A DNA stretch of 64,000 bases. Origin: Auanema rhodensis. Lineage: Eukaryota; Animalia; Nematoda. The stretch is taken from NCBI GenBank assembly GCA_964057225.1, contig OZ059894.1:5890001-5954000 (forward strand), in the 5' to 3' direction. Position numbers and translations under genes: made by a program. Below are positions 12,693 through 26,780 of the stretch, one piece after another; position 1 is the stretch's first letter; the number at the start of each line of letters is the position of its first letter. The notes under the pieces are model-generated. The model saw only the letters and a program-made list of their open reading frames with translations, was not told where the DNA came from and did no database searches.

Positions 12693-14215
12693 AATTATGC
12701 TCAATAACGCTTAGAGTAGATGATTCAAGACTGAACAACTCAGCAAGTGTCGGTTCTGTTATGTTTTCTGGATTATATACGTTTTTGAACGACAATTAGA
12801 TTGTCTGAGGACCGGTGCCGAGAAGAAGATTCTTGTGCCGATCACTACTTTAATCCATGTAAAAAGAGTCCGTTCTGTTTGTTTTACCTGGGACTCATGA
12901 ATGCTTGAATGTTTTTTGGGGCAATCGACCACCAAAACGCCAGTTTGTGTTGTTTGTCTTCTTTTCTAGTTTCGCAGATTATGATATCAATTTTTGAAAA
13001 TTAACGTTTTCAAGACTGGATTAATAAGCTTTTCCGCGTTTTTTATAGTTAAGCACAGTTAACTATTCAATTTATGAGACGAGGATGAAGATCATGTAGG
13101 AAGCACTAGCTGTCTATTCTCTCTGATATTGAAAACTCTACCATGCCCTTTCAAAATATTAAATTCAAATTCAGTTATAATTCAGATATAGAGTAATCTG
13201 ATATCTTTAAAAAGAAAAATGAGTTCTGATTTATAATTTATATAAAACTGAAGATGAGTCACTTTTCCTAAAATCTTACACGTAGTTTTGCAAAAATATT
13301 TTAACAAATAAACAAAAAAGGATAATCAATCCTATTATCTAAGACAAAGTTATTATTTTCTATAAAAGTTTATTATGTATGATGTGAAATCAATTAAAAG
13401 TTTGCTGATTACAATCCATTTTTTGCAACACAAATCCACAAATATCATAAACAACTAGATATTCTTTATAATTAATCATTGAATAACTACATAACATATC
13501 TGATCTCAGTAATAATCTAGGATATATTATATAATTCAAAATCAAAATACATGAAATAAAATTCCAAATTTTAACTTTTCTTATGTAAAAAAAATTAAAT
13601 AATTTGCTCTTTATGTACAAATTTTACATATTTTTTTAAAATTATAAATACGATATCTTAACTAATTCAAACTTTTTCTGTTTTTGTGCTTTGTACACAA
13701 CTGTTCAAAAAAATTGCTTGTTGAAGTTTTTTATTGTAGTTTGAGCCCACCCTTTTGAGTTAAGTGTTCCTTTCAAACAGGATTGTCGGTAGTATCATCT
13801 TCGATCAACAACTTTTCAAACTTGGAAAATGAAAGATTTTGAATATAATTTCCAAAGAAATGATGTACTTTCGTGAAAATTTCCATAAATTCGTAACAAA
13901 TTAATTAGACACACAACATTTCTGAGTAATTTGTCTAATTTTACAGACACCAAATAACAGTTCTAGATTTCTGAAGTATATTCCAGAACAGATTTACCTT
14001 GATTAATTGGAGTCATTCGTATCAAATTAAATATTCCCAAATATTTTTCTCATTTATTAATATTTATTCTATTAATATATATTTAAACTATCATACTATT
14101 CCTAGATTATTTAATAATATTGTATTTCGGTTAAAGCAACTTACTGTAAAGATTTTCTAATGGAAAAAACATATTTTGAATTCTCTCATATTAATTTTCA
14201 GTTTCTAATAGTATA

Positions 14216-15619
14216 ATGACATTCTTAATTTTAGAATGTTTCATAATATTTATTGTAAGATAATCAGAGACTTTTAATTTTTTTTCATAATTATATCTCT
14301 TTAGATATGTTTTCCTGGTCTTGTAACAAATGCTTTATCATTATATGTTCTTCAGACACATAAATCTTTCAAGTAATAATTTTAATAATATTTATTATTT
14401 TCATAATTGAAAAAATAAATTTAAAAAATGAAAATTAAGGAATACGTTCGGACGACTTGTAGCATTACAAGCTTTGTGCAATAGTATATTTTCTTTCATT
14501 TTTATCGCTTGGATTATTCCTATAAGACTATTGTAAGACATTTCTATTCATTTTTCTACAATATAAAAATAATTTTTTTTTTGAAGTAATGCAGAAGGAG
14601 ATGCTTTTATGGAATTTAACCGTCTTATTGGTCAAATTGTTCTATTTTTGACTGAAACAGCATATGCCGCTTGTTTGTTAATATCCATCAACAGGTATAT
14701 TGACCATTAGTTTGAATATTGTAAAAATATGCTTTGAAATTTGAACATGCGCAACTTTGAGTCAACTTTTTTTTCAATCTTGGTGTTTTTCATTATTAAA
14801 AGTTAGATATTTTTAAATTTAGATTTACAACTATTGGCATGCCAGAAGCTTCAAAGCAAATCTTCTCTCATCAAAGAACAACTACTGCAATTTGTATTAT
14901 CTCATTATTAAGTTTTCTGTATTCTTCTCTCTATTTTATTCGTAAGTTGTAGAAATAATTTATTTTCTCTAATGATGATTTATTCATTTTAGCTAGTTGT
15001 GCGTTTTATTTAGAAGTTGTAAGAGGTGTATGGATGTTTACAAGAACAGAATGTGGAATGATTATGGCCAGATTTGACTTCTTCTATAATATGGGAATAA
15101 TGGGTTTTATATGCTTTATTGATTCTATAACATTATATTTGTTAAAAGGAGCAAATAGAGTATTAATATAATTAATAAAAATTTTAATAAAGTTTTGTTC
15201 AGCGTATTAGGCCAAGTATTACTTCCGGAATCGATACTCGCAGAAGATATCTACAAGAAGTTCGGTTCTTCTTCCAAGTTATACTTCATAGTAATTAGTC
15301 GAGAGAATATTGAGATTTCAGGCTATTTTACATACGATTCTTTATATTATCATGATATGCTCATTTCATGTGATTAGTGAATTTTCACATAATTCTTTTT
15401 TTGTTTTTATGTTCACAACTGCTAGCTGGGCTGGTGCACATAGTCTATCAGGGTAAAGCCTTATCTTCCTAAAAATTATATTTTTTCAATTAATTCAGAT
15501 TTGTTGTATTCTTCTGTAATGTAGAAATTCGTAAATATTATAACAATAAGCTTTGCATAAAGATGTCATCTCTCCAACAGAAAACGGCAACAACTGTAGC
15601 ATTTGTGAGATTATTTTAA
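14216..15619 (+). CDS. Serpentine chemoreceptor, Srx class (7TM GPCR), 9 exons, apparently intact
   Basis: MTFLILECFIIFI/ICFPGLVTNALSLYVLQTHKSFK/NTFGRLVALQALCN...LIGQIVLF...LLISINR/FTTI...C...W.FTRTECG...FDFFYN...EVRFFFQ/A...TTASWAGAHSLSG/FVVFFCNVEIR. The NxFGxL, ISxNRF, ExRFFxQ and WxxxHxxxG motifs match Srx. A TTTTCAG trans-splice-type acceptor lies just before the ATG. Confidence 0.88.
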
Positions 15620-16486
15620 ATGTCTTTTTATTCAGAAAAACTCAGAATAACATGAATACTATTACTGTTTTTATTTTAATAAAATTGTGTTTGGTATTTT
15701 ATGCAAAAGCTTCTATCGAAGCAAAGAAATAGTTTTCAGTTTAGAGGACAGAGAAAGAACTACTCTTGAATGACATAATAATTCAAATTCACTTTTAAAT
15801 TTTTCTAGTTAATAAATAAAAAATAGTAAATTTAAAACTTCACATAACAAAGATACATAATCTTTTATTACTTAATCTAATCAATTCCAGAGAAAGGGGC
15901 CGAGTTGTTCAATATTGTATTGAATCAAACTTGTTTATTTTCAAATAGTTCAGACTTGTTCAGAACTCATTAGCTTCTCCTTTAATGTACTAAATATTAA
16001 ATAATTTGTACTTCTTTCTACTTTTTCAATAATTGTTATGATAAACAAAAATTAATAAATAAATTGAAGAAATAAAACTTTTGAACGTTTATTCATTAGT
16101 CGTGTTCGTAACTATTTGTCAAATTAATTGAACAAATGATTAATAATAATTTAAAGATTTCAATAAAATATTTTTGGAAACATCACATTAATACCCAAAC
16201 AATTAAAAAATATAATTATTATATGACTAGAAAGATAAGATAAAATATATATATACTATATGTATGGATGTGAATAAGGAAGAGTTTGCTAATTTTTTTC
16301 AGAAAAAAATTGAAAAGTTTGTAATAATTGTGACAATTTTTCATAAACCAAAATAAATTTTTCTTTACTCCGATCGACTCTAGGGAGTTTTTAAAAAATT
16401 AATTACATATAAGAAATTTAATTCTCTAGTTCATAAAGGAAACAGCATGATGACAAGAAGAGGGAAGGAGATTTGAGGTGGATCAA

Positions 16487-19400
16487 TCAATCATGGCTGT
16501 CTACCCAATTTGACGGAACCCAGTGAGGTTCTGTGTCCAATCGTCGGACGATAGCTTTGAGCTCTGTTAATGAACGTTCGTAATCCGTATTCACGATAAT
16601 AGCATCAAAGAGGTGACCATATTTCTAAACAAAAAAAGTTTTGTTGAAATATATACGATTGTAATTAACCTGTTCAATGAGTTTTCCTTGACTAAGAATA
16701 GATTTCAGCTGCTGATCTTTTACATCAAACTGGCCCTGATGTTCTCGTTGTTTTCGCAGAACTACAAGTGATGGAGGAGCTATGAATGCAATATATGGCA
16801 TGATTTCTTTGATTCTTACAAGAACAAGAGACTAAACAGGATAATGTTTTTGTTGCATAGTCATAGAAACACAATGTACCTCCGGTTTCAATGTAAAAAC
16901 ACACGTTTTTCCTCGTGTTATCACATTGATAATGTCCTGTTTAGCAGTACCATACATATGCTTTTGATATTCACCAAATTCCACAAATTTTCCAGCCTAT
17001 TAAAATACCAATGTCGGGTACAACATGTTGTGAAGCTCTTTACTCTAGAATATTCCATAAACTGCTGTTTTGTAACAAAATGGTAGTGAACTCCATCTAT
17101 TTCCCCATCGCGAGGTTCTCGTGTTGTATCTGAATAACATAAAAGTTCCAAAATTCACACATTTGAAATTGGAAGAACATTCAACGTACAAGGCACTGGA
17201 CTAGCAAGTCGTTGCGTGTCAGACTCTAACAGACGTTGTCGCAATAAAAGACATCCTACACCTTCAGGCCCACACAAAACAAGTGGACGATGATGATCAG
17301 ACCGAGACAAATGATAAACTACTTCCTCATAAGTTAGCAAATCTAAATGTGTACATACTTAAGTAACAAATTGAAAAAAAAGAACTTACCCGAGTGATAT
17401 CCATAGTTAGATGTTCCTTCATCAACACTTCTTTGTATATCTCTAGCAGATTTTCGTCCCAACGTTCGAATAACCTTAACGAATCACGACTTGCATTAAT
17501 CAAAAAACAATTGACAAACCTCTGGAATCAGCTTATTTGTGGTTTTTTTTTTTGGTCGAGAATCTTTATCAATTTCTTCAGTATACATTACAACTCTGTA
17601 AAGTACATTATAACTAGTCGTATTGAATATGAATAATAATCAAATATAAATTGATCATTAATGTCAATTATTTAATATTATATACATTCTATTCATAAAT
17701 TCATGAGATATGAAATTGCAAAACATCAACTTCTTTGCGAGTTTGAAATCATTCAAATTCACGTGAAATACCTTAGGATCAAAGTTATTAAGAAAACGTG
17801 AGCTTTCAAAGCAAATATTTTGTTCAAAGTTCAGACTTTAATTTGTGTACAAAGCTGAGAAATAAGAAATGTTTAAATGATTATTTCAAGAATTTCAAAT
17901 CAAGCAAATTTGGGATATTTATTTTAAAATTTTTTTCATTTTTGAAAACTCGAATATAAATTGTAAAAACACTTACTGTTGATGGAATGAGCTGCTAGGT
18001 ATCAAACCGGCTAACTGATGAATTGTATCCTCGCCTTCACGATAAGCCTGCCACCAGTTTTCGTCAGTTCGGTTCAGAACATGGAGAATATCGCCGCGTT
18101 CAAATTTTAAAGCCAACTCCTTACAAGGAATATATTTGTCATCCTTTTAATGAGAATAATTACATTTTCTTAGTGTAATTAAGAGAGTACCTCTGGATCA
18201 TAATCAAATAAAGCCCGAAAATGTTGAATTGTAGCTGGTCCAGTCTGTTTTTCTTCGCCATTCTCCGTGGAAGATGCAACAACGAAACGAACTTCGCCAC
18301 TCAAATTTCTCTGCAAATCCAGGAAAAAAATGAACTTCAAGCACTAAGAATTTAAGAAGACAAAAAAATTGAATTTCGAAACAATTTTAGAAAAAAAAAC
18401 CCACCAAAAGCTCGCAGACTTCTCCAACCTTTTTTCCACGTAACTGAGTTCCATTCATTTCCAATAGTTCATCACCTAATTTGACACAAATTTACACAAA
18501 AAGAAAGAAAACCAATTCAAAAGGTTAGAAAGGACAATTCATTATGTTTTAAAGAAAAAATTAAAATTATTCTCATTTTCAAACTCAAAATTCATTATTA
18601 ATAAGGTTACGAGGTAACACATCAAAGCTAGGCTTTAACCAAGTATTTGTCGAGTACATACCTTGGCGGAAAAGCCCTGTTTTCTCAACAATTCCTCCTT
18701 GCACTACACGACCTACGATGATCCGATTATCTTCATTTCGAACAGTTGCACCCTTTAAGCGTTAAATTATCACACGAAATTCACACATAATTAATCTTTA
18801 ACAACATGCGTTGAATATAAATGGGAAAAATCTCAAGTTAAACATATAGCTTAAGATTTAAAAATCATCTTTTAATATAATTAGCTATAACTTACTAGGT
18901 ATGTGTCTTCCTCTTTATGAAATGTTACAACACGCACACTACTGTCGCTAGATGTTACATGTGGCTCGGTTGGAATGTTAACAGCATTAGAAGCAATATT
19001 CACAAGTTGTTTCTATAAAAATAAACACATCAAAACACACAAGCACAGCAACAATAAAGCTAAGATGAATTTTTATTTTTGGCAGCGTCAATGAACTAAG
19101 CTGATGATTAGCGGCCTAACTATTATTCAAGGAAATTAATGAAAAAATTATCAAAAGAAAGATATTTATTGGATTTTTCAAATATTATAATATGCTATGT
19201 ACATAGAGAAGCAAGTAAAGTGTTTTATAATGTATCTATTGAATAGTTTAAGGATTGAAAAAAAGTGAAATATTGTAGATGTTTCTTTGATAACAAATGT
19301 GTCAGATTAAGCATTTTAAATCTGGCAATTATGGCAGAGAAATATGTTGGAAAGCAAATTGAGAGCGTGCTTTGAAAAGAACACAAGACTAAAAAGAAAA

Positions 19401-22400
19401 AATGATTTTTTTTTTAAATTGAGTAGCATGCAAAATGCAAGAGATAATCTAGAAAGTTGAAAATTAAAAAAACTACTAGAATAAAGAAAAAAATTTGAAT
19501 TAAGTTAATCATTGATCTACCGTATTATCTCCTCCTCGTCGATTAGCAGTTTCTTCTATAGCAGCCTGAATAGGTTGAGACTGGAAGAAATCTCGAAGCA
19601 CTTTGGCATCATCTTCCTTGCCTGTCATACGTGACAAATGATCTGTTAGTCTATCAACTGATACTATGACTTGATTCAAAGCTGAAATAATACTACTGAG
19701 AAGAAATCTTTTGAAATGATAATACTGAAGGAACTGTAGAAAATAAATATCTATGAGATGTAATAGTTATACAACTAGTTCATTAAAAATTTAGTAAAAA
19801 TAAAGTAAAGTAAGCAAAAAATCGAAGATTTGGTTAAAGAGATATGACAATATCTCATTTCATCGGCTATTTAAAAGAAGAAAAATGTTTAAAAAAGAAG
19901 GAAAGAAAAGAACATACGTATGGCCTCGTTGTTATTATCCTCTTTTTCATCACATGATTCATTGACATAGCTTTTACCAGCTACATCAGTAAAATCATGT
20001 GGAATATTGGGACTATTTTCCTTAGATATGGCAAGTGATTTAAGCTTTTTTGATGATCTCAAAGATTTTCTGAAGCGATTATGTAAACAGTAGACTATAC
20101 AACAGAGAGCTGGCAAACCGTAAAAAATCATTTTCTTTCTGTCTTTGAATTTTGGTATTGATGCGTTCTTGTCTTTCAGCCTCATACTGTTTTAAACGTT
20201 TTTCTTCGGGTACCGAACTTCCCTAAAAAGTTTTGTGAATATAGATATTCGTAGTTGTGAAATAAAAAAAGTTTTTACTTGTATAGATGACAGCGGTTTA
20301 CCTACCGCAATGGTTTCCATATCAAACGTCCTTATCGATGGATAAAGCCTGAAAGAAAGCAATGTCAATAGGGTAAAAAATGAAACAAAAATATTTGAAT
20401 CGATGATATTCATAACTTTCTTTAAAAAAATTAGAGTGGAGAGACCAAAACGACCAAAACAAAACACTTCCTAATAATGCGGGAACGATGGGAGAACGAC
20501 TGAGGGGGGAACGAGAAATCAACAACGGTACGTCTATACCTGTTGTTCTCATTAAAGATCATTGATGATCATTCCTGATCATAGAAAAACACAAACAACA
20601 TAGACAATACAACCAGAAATATGCAAAATTGCTCCCGAACAGCTTTAAAAATCGGAAAAGATGGGATGATCAGCGTCTTTCAAAACCGCAAAAAGAAGAT
20701 TAACAAGGTTAAGAAAACAAATCGTAAGCGTTCAAGCAACAAGCTAGAGAGAACAAAAATACAAAACGATATGTAAAGCAATTTTGTACTCATCATCAAC
20801 TAACTATACGATATTGTAATTTCAAACTATGAGGAACAAGACATTAAACCTTTCCATTCTTGTACTTGCTCAAGTTGATTCGAAATGTTTACTTGTCACG
20901 ACCGAAATATGACCGAGACGCTCTTCAGAAGCTACGGAGATGGTCAAAGTTGCAAGTTTAGTCAAACACAACGCGAGAATAAGCTTCTATCTTTCATAAA
21001 CGACAAGTTAGTTGGAAAGAAATTGAGATGAGAAAATGACAAATTGAAGGAATACTGAGATAGAGAATAAAAGATGACAATGTAAAGACGATAGATAGTT
21101 GGCGTTCATTCAAGAGTAGTTAAGAAATTATTAAGAATGAGTATAATACCTCTTTACATGCTTTGGTGTAAATTCGATCTAGGACATTATAATAAAATTT
21201 CGAATTATGATCATTTATAAAAATGAGTCATTAAAATATTTTCATCGTCCCCTTTTTTGGGGGGAATATACTCAAGTTCACAGAGCTAATTTTTCTTATC
21301 GATAATGGTTATATGGTTGATCTGAGTACTATAAAACAAGAGCATTGATATAGTGATTCATTAAAAACATGAAAAAATAAGAAAAATTTAGAAAGAAGAG
21401 GAAGTGAGAAATGAAGCGAAAAGACTGGAGAAAGTGAGTGTAGAACAATCTGTTTAATTCCGGAAAGAATGAAAAGAAAAAACATTCAGAACTATCTAAT
21501 AAGACGCACAAAGAAGAGAGAGATCTAAAATGGAAAAAGTCTGTGACTCAAATGCCATGAGAGATAATGTACAGAAGAAATGTTCCGCAGAAACAAATAA
21601 GAGAAAGTAAGAAGAAGTGAGGGAGAAGTACATAATAATAAACAATATGATATACAAGATAATTCTTTATATTTGAATAGAAGATCATTATGAATAATGA
21701 AAAGTGGAAACATCTGGATGAATGCTTATCAGGTGCGGATAAGAAACAGTGCTACTATTGAAAAGAAAAAAATGTCTATAATAAACAATAAAATAGAAAA
21801 TTTTAGACGAAAACGACCAATTTCTAAAAGAAAAACAATGAAGTAGTGCTATAATAATCGATCAAAGTGAGAAATGAACTTTATGATTTGATAGGCTAAG
21901 TAAAGAATTCAAATCAAATATAACAACAATAATACTTAAATGTATAATTATATACAGGAATAATCAAAAAATGATGTTGATAAGGTTTTTGCAACAACAA
22001 AAAAACGATTTAATGACTTCAAGACTTTTATATGAAACTAACCCGTTCATCACTACAGTTCTTGACTAACGGGAAGGAAATCTAATTCCAAATTATAAAT
22101 ATATATTTAATAAAAAATCAAATAAGGAAAGAGAACATCTTGAAAAAAAATAACAGAAAAAAGGAATATATTTTAATGTTACTGGATGGAAAATGATGAG
22201 AAACCATTGTCGACAAAAATAATAAAATAAAATAAAAAAATGCAACCGCTCTATGACTTTGGTTGAAAAAGAATCAGTATTTCACGTCAAGCTCACGTGA
22301 AGGTCATGTGAAGCTCACGCAAAGCGACATGGTGTAAAAGGTGTAAACAGAGATGTACATCAGTTCAAATAGATATCACGTGGTAATAACTAGAAAATAT

Positions 22401-25400
22401 GTTAATGTAGATAGAGAGATGGCGGATATAAACAAGAGTACGATGGAATAGGTTGAGGGATTAAATGATGGGGAAATTGAAGGCGTAGTGGTCAGGTAGC
22501 CATGAACCACATAAAAGATGAAGGTCATTATCGATAGGCAATTTTCCTCTAATCATGAGGTAATTCCTGTTCTAATATGGTCTTCCACGGCATATATAAC
22601 AGGAACATAATATTAAAATTATAGAAAATATATTGAGTGAACCATAAGTTCACCAAAGGGAGAGAGGAATACTACATCGAAATAAATGGAACTAAATAAA
22701 TTAATATGGAACAAGCTAGAAGTAGTATGAAGTAGCGAAAACATTTAGTTGCAAAAAATAAATCTTCAATGGAAAAAAGGACAATAGAACAAAATAGTGA
22801 ATAAACGGCTGATTTGAAAAAGAGTGTTTTTGTTTTATTATGTTTGAAAATAAAAGTGGATAGAAGAACTCTTGGAAATATATTTGAACATCTATGAAAG
22901 TTGTTATAGTTCAGTAAAATAAAGAAAAAAAGAATTGTATCAGAATGGAAGATAGGAAAATAAGGAGAAAAATCCAAAATACTAGGAAAAGGGAAAAGAT
23001 ATTGATAATGAAAAGAAGAATATAAGAGAGAAAGAACAAAAGAGGGAGAGGGAGAGAGAGAGAGAGAGGGGGGAGATTTAAGAAAGATAGAAAGTGAAAT
23101 AAGAAAAATGAAATATTGAAAGAGTAAAAGGAAGTGAGAGCAACTAAAACAGAAAGATAAAGATGTAAAAGAAGAAAAAGAAAACGAGAAACAGAGAGCA
23201 ATGTGTACCATTTCGGGAGAAATATAAAAAAATCCAGAAGTGATAGATGACTATCCACGGAGGACTGAAAACTTTTACGTTTAGACCCATAGTTTCCAAC
23301 GTCTTCAATTTTCTATTATGGCTCGTCGGGCTGGCTAATTGTCTTTTCAATTTCTTTTTGTTTCACGGTGGATGGTCAAAGATGGAATAACAAGGATTGG
23401 AGAATCGGAAGAAGGGTATTCGAGCTAAAAAAAAGTAAAATGTAACTGAGAAATAGAAAAAGAAATGTAAAAGAGAAAAAGGGTAAAGTGAAGAGACTTA
23501 GAGAGAGAAATGAAGAGGAAGGGGAACTATAGGACAAGAGGATATTCTAAAAGGACTACGAAGAAGCTATATGGCCGTTAGGTTCATTTGATTAATTTAA
23601 AACGAGCAGCTTACTTAGTCGGTAAGATATGGAAATGAGATGAAGGTCAGAAAATGTTTTGAACAACAAAAGGACAAATAATTATCTAATATATGGTAAG
23701 AAATAAAACAATTAATGATAAAGTATGGTATATTGTAAATGAGTTATATAGAAAAAAACACATAATAATGAATTTCTTTCTTAGCATTCTCATTTATTCT
23801 AATATCTAAGTTCAATTGTTAATAACCGAAAACTTTGAAATAAAATTGATAAAAGAGAGGATACAGAAGAATCGAGAAATTCCAGAAAATGTTGTGGTTT
23901 GGGTAAAAAAAGCGAAAACATTGCCTTCTTTTTTCTTTTATTTTTCAAAAAAAAATGAACTGGAAAAACGGTAAGAAAATGCGTAATACATACAATTATA
24001 GAATTATTATTCAAATAGAGTTCTCAGTCAACTGCAGGCATGCATGTTAGTTTAAGGTCACATTTTCATTAAAAAACCGAATTATAGAGAATAAGAGAAA
24101 TGAAAAGCAGTGGAGGATAAGAGAAATAGAATAATCCATGGCATCAAAGAATAGAGAGATATAGAGAAAATGAGAGAGAGAGGGTGGATGAATGAGAGAA
24201 AAGAACGAAAAAAGGGCGGTATCCCTATCTTCCTCCATTTATGAACACACATCCTTCCTCACCTCATTGTCTCTTATATTCACATATTATATCCTTGTTC
24301 AACTCTCATTGATTCAGTTATGTTTCTAATAATTGTGAACAATTTGTATTTTAAACAAAAAAAAATATATATACTGTAGTATAGTAAAGATAATTAGAAA
24401 ATCGATTAGTAAATATAGGGAATAGACATTCTCATAACATGCGTGATCTTATGAATTGGAGAAACAACGAAATTCTTAATCATGTATACAGGTACAAGGT
24501 CATGAATGTTTTTGGGTGAACCCCTGGTATAAAACATAAATATATCTATTGTTTTTCTAAATACTTGTACTAGATTTCTTTGTTTTTATTATATAATTAT
24601 GAAAAGAAATTAAGAAAAAGAAAATCCATGATGGTTTTTTTTAAAGGTTAGTGAAAAGTAGATGTTTGCGGTAAGTACAAAGAAAATATCTGGCTAGATG
24701 GTTATCAATAAGATTTAAATCTCGTTCTTTCTGTTCTTTTCAGAAAAAAAGAACAATTGGTGGTGTCTGACTTCTGACAAAACAAATTGTTTTAAAAAAT
24801 ACATCCAGAACTACAGCTTTACTGGATATGTACAACTAAGTTACAAATAAAATTATGTATTCACGACAATAGGATAAGAAATGATATTTAATGAGAAAAA
24901 TTATTTAAAACAAAACAATTCAAACGTACTTTTGTAACTTGTCAATAAGTTCTTTGGTATTTTCTTTGTCCACAGATACCAAAAAAGCATCAGTGATGAT
25001 TGGATTTGAAGTTGATGGACCTTTAATTAGTCGGTTAAATTATGATATTCATGTAGTAAATGATGTCAATGTTACCTACCTTCTGTAACGGGAATTGATA
25101 AACGACGACGTATCTTTAATTGAATAACTTTCTTCCGTATACACTATAATTTGAAAAAAAAATGGTATGAAATGGATAAACTAATGTTTTCTGTTCAATA
25201 GAATATGTACAATAAATAGAAAACATACCTCTTGAACATATTCAAGAACATCTTCGCGTTTTTTGCCAACAATCTATAAACATATGAAATGTTCGGAAAT
25301 GTCAAAAACTTCCATTTGAACTTTTCAAGTTGATTTTAATTTCTTGGAAAGCAATAACACACATGAGATTTTACATACCTGCATATCATTGATACCAATA

Positions 25401-25973
25401 ATTTCATCTCCGATCTCCAAATTTGGTGTACCACCTAAATATAATTTTTATATAATCTATTTTTGCAAACATAATCTGTGCTATTCTACATGATTATTCA
25501 TATTATATTTTTCAATCACTTTTTCATAGATGGATTTAAGATTTAATTCTAAAGTAAATCTTTTTTTTCTAGTTTGAAGGACAAAACGGAAAGAAAATAA
25601 ATAGCGGATAGTCATTATAGAATATAACTGTTTGCATGTCAAAAACTAGACACCTTCAAAATTCCGGTATAGCTTAGGATTATGGTAGAAAGATATCCAT
25701 TATCCAGAGCTTACAATTTCTGTTTAACTTTTAAAAATTATTCGCTTTAATCGATAGTCAGCGTTATCTCGATTCAACAAAACATCAGCCCAACTTACTA
25801 TATAATCGAACTTTATCTTTACTTGTCTCCTGAACCAATAAAACAAATCTTCCAATAGCCATGTCCGAAGGTTGTTTTTTTTCTTCTTGTTTTAGTTTTT
25901 TGGAACTCATTCGTTGGAACGAAGTTCGTTTTAGTTCGCTTAAGGCAATTGGAATCGAAACAGATTTCGGCAT
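16487..25973 (-). CDS. magu-2: MAGUK p55-subfamily scaffold, PALS1/MPP5/Stardust-like (PDZ-SH3-GuK); the long form has an extra N-terminal PDZ-like segment
   Basis: The spliced product contains [21 protein letters not shown] (Stardust/PALS1-like), an L27N-like helix (19521-19682), PDZ ([31 protein letters not shown]), SH3 ([28 protein letters not shown]) and GuK ([44 protein letters not shown]). The 5' exons at 24930-25973 join in phase but are less certain. Confidence 0.88.
22241..22320 (+). other. Dispersed CAACCG...GAATCAGT...(ACGT)n element, in a magu-2 intron
   Basis: CAACCG at 22243; ACGT at 22284 and 22295, followed by degenerate 11-bp units. Confidence 0.6.
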
Positions 25974-26543
25974 TTCTGTAAAACTTCATACATTTTTCAT
26001 ATAATGTTATATTTAATTAGAATCTAAGAAAAGCGATCATTTCAATATAGAAACCATTAGTTAAAAACATTAAGGAGTGTTGATTAAAGTCCAGTTTTTT
26101 TTAATTTCTAATTTTATTTATTCAAAATAAAAACTATAAACTGATGAAGTTGAGCTTAGATGCTAAAAGTGAAAATACAACTGAAAGGAGCATTCAAATA
26201 GTATTTGTTTTTAAATCGATTAACATACAAAATACTTAAACTTCCTTATTTTAATAATTTGTATATTCCAAGTTCCTCTTCACTAATTATTTCATTTATT
26301 TCAAATTTTTATTTAAACTTTTCGATTCTTATCTCAAATGTAAAACATCAAGTTCTGAACTATATTATGGCGGAAATGATATGAGTGCGGTTAAACAAGA
26401 TGTGTTTGTGCTTATCACTGTAAAAACAATTTAATTTTTAATTTTTATTATAATTTGATGTAATTATTCAAATAAATAATTGTTTAATATGACGTGATTC
26501 AGAATATGACGTGTTTCTTCTATTACGACATTGCATGTGAATG

Positions 26544-26610
26544 TTGTGCAATCGCTATTATATCAACAAAAATATAAAAAGAGAAGAGAAGATAAGAGAA
26601 GGAGTATAGA
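26544..26610 (+). promoter_or_regulatory. TTGTGCAAT (C/EBP-like) site plus GAGTATA TATA-like box upstream of copy 1; the same pair occurs at 28996/~29045 and 31669/~31707
   Basis: The motif pair appears in the same order in all three otherwise unalignable promoters. Confidence 0.45.
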
Positions 26611-26780
26611 ATAAATGTTGATATTTTTCTGATATTTATTATTTTCAATTTATATTCAATTCTATTATATTCTATATATTTCTAGCTTTATCTTTTTATT
26701 TTTTTTATATATTTTTTAAATTTATTTTATTTATCAATTATGACTCAAAAATTTCTTTTTTTTCAGTTTATTAAGTCAAA

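Noticed and set aside
19889-20185. 98-aa [12 protein letters not shown]... as a separate gene
   Set aside because: It is two magu-2 exons plus a ~49-nt intron read through. The spliced reading restores the [15 protein letters not shown] motif.
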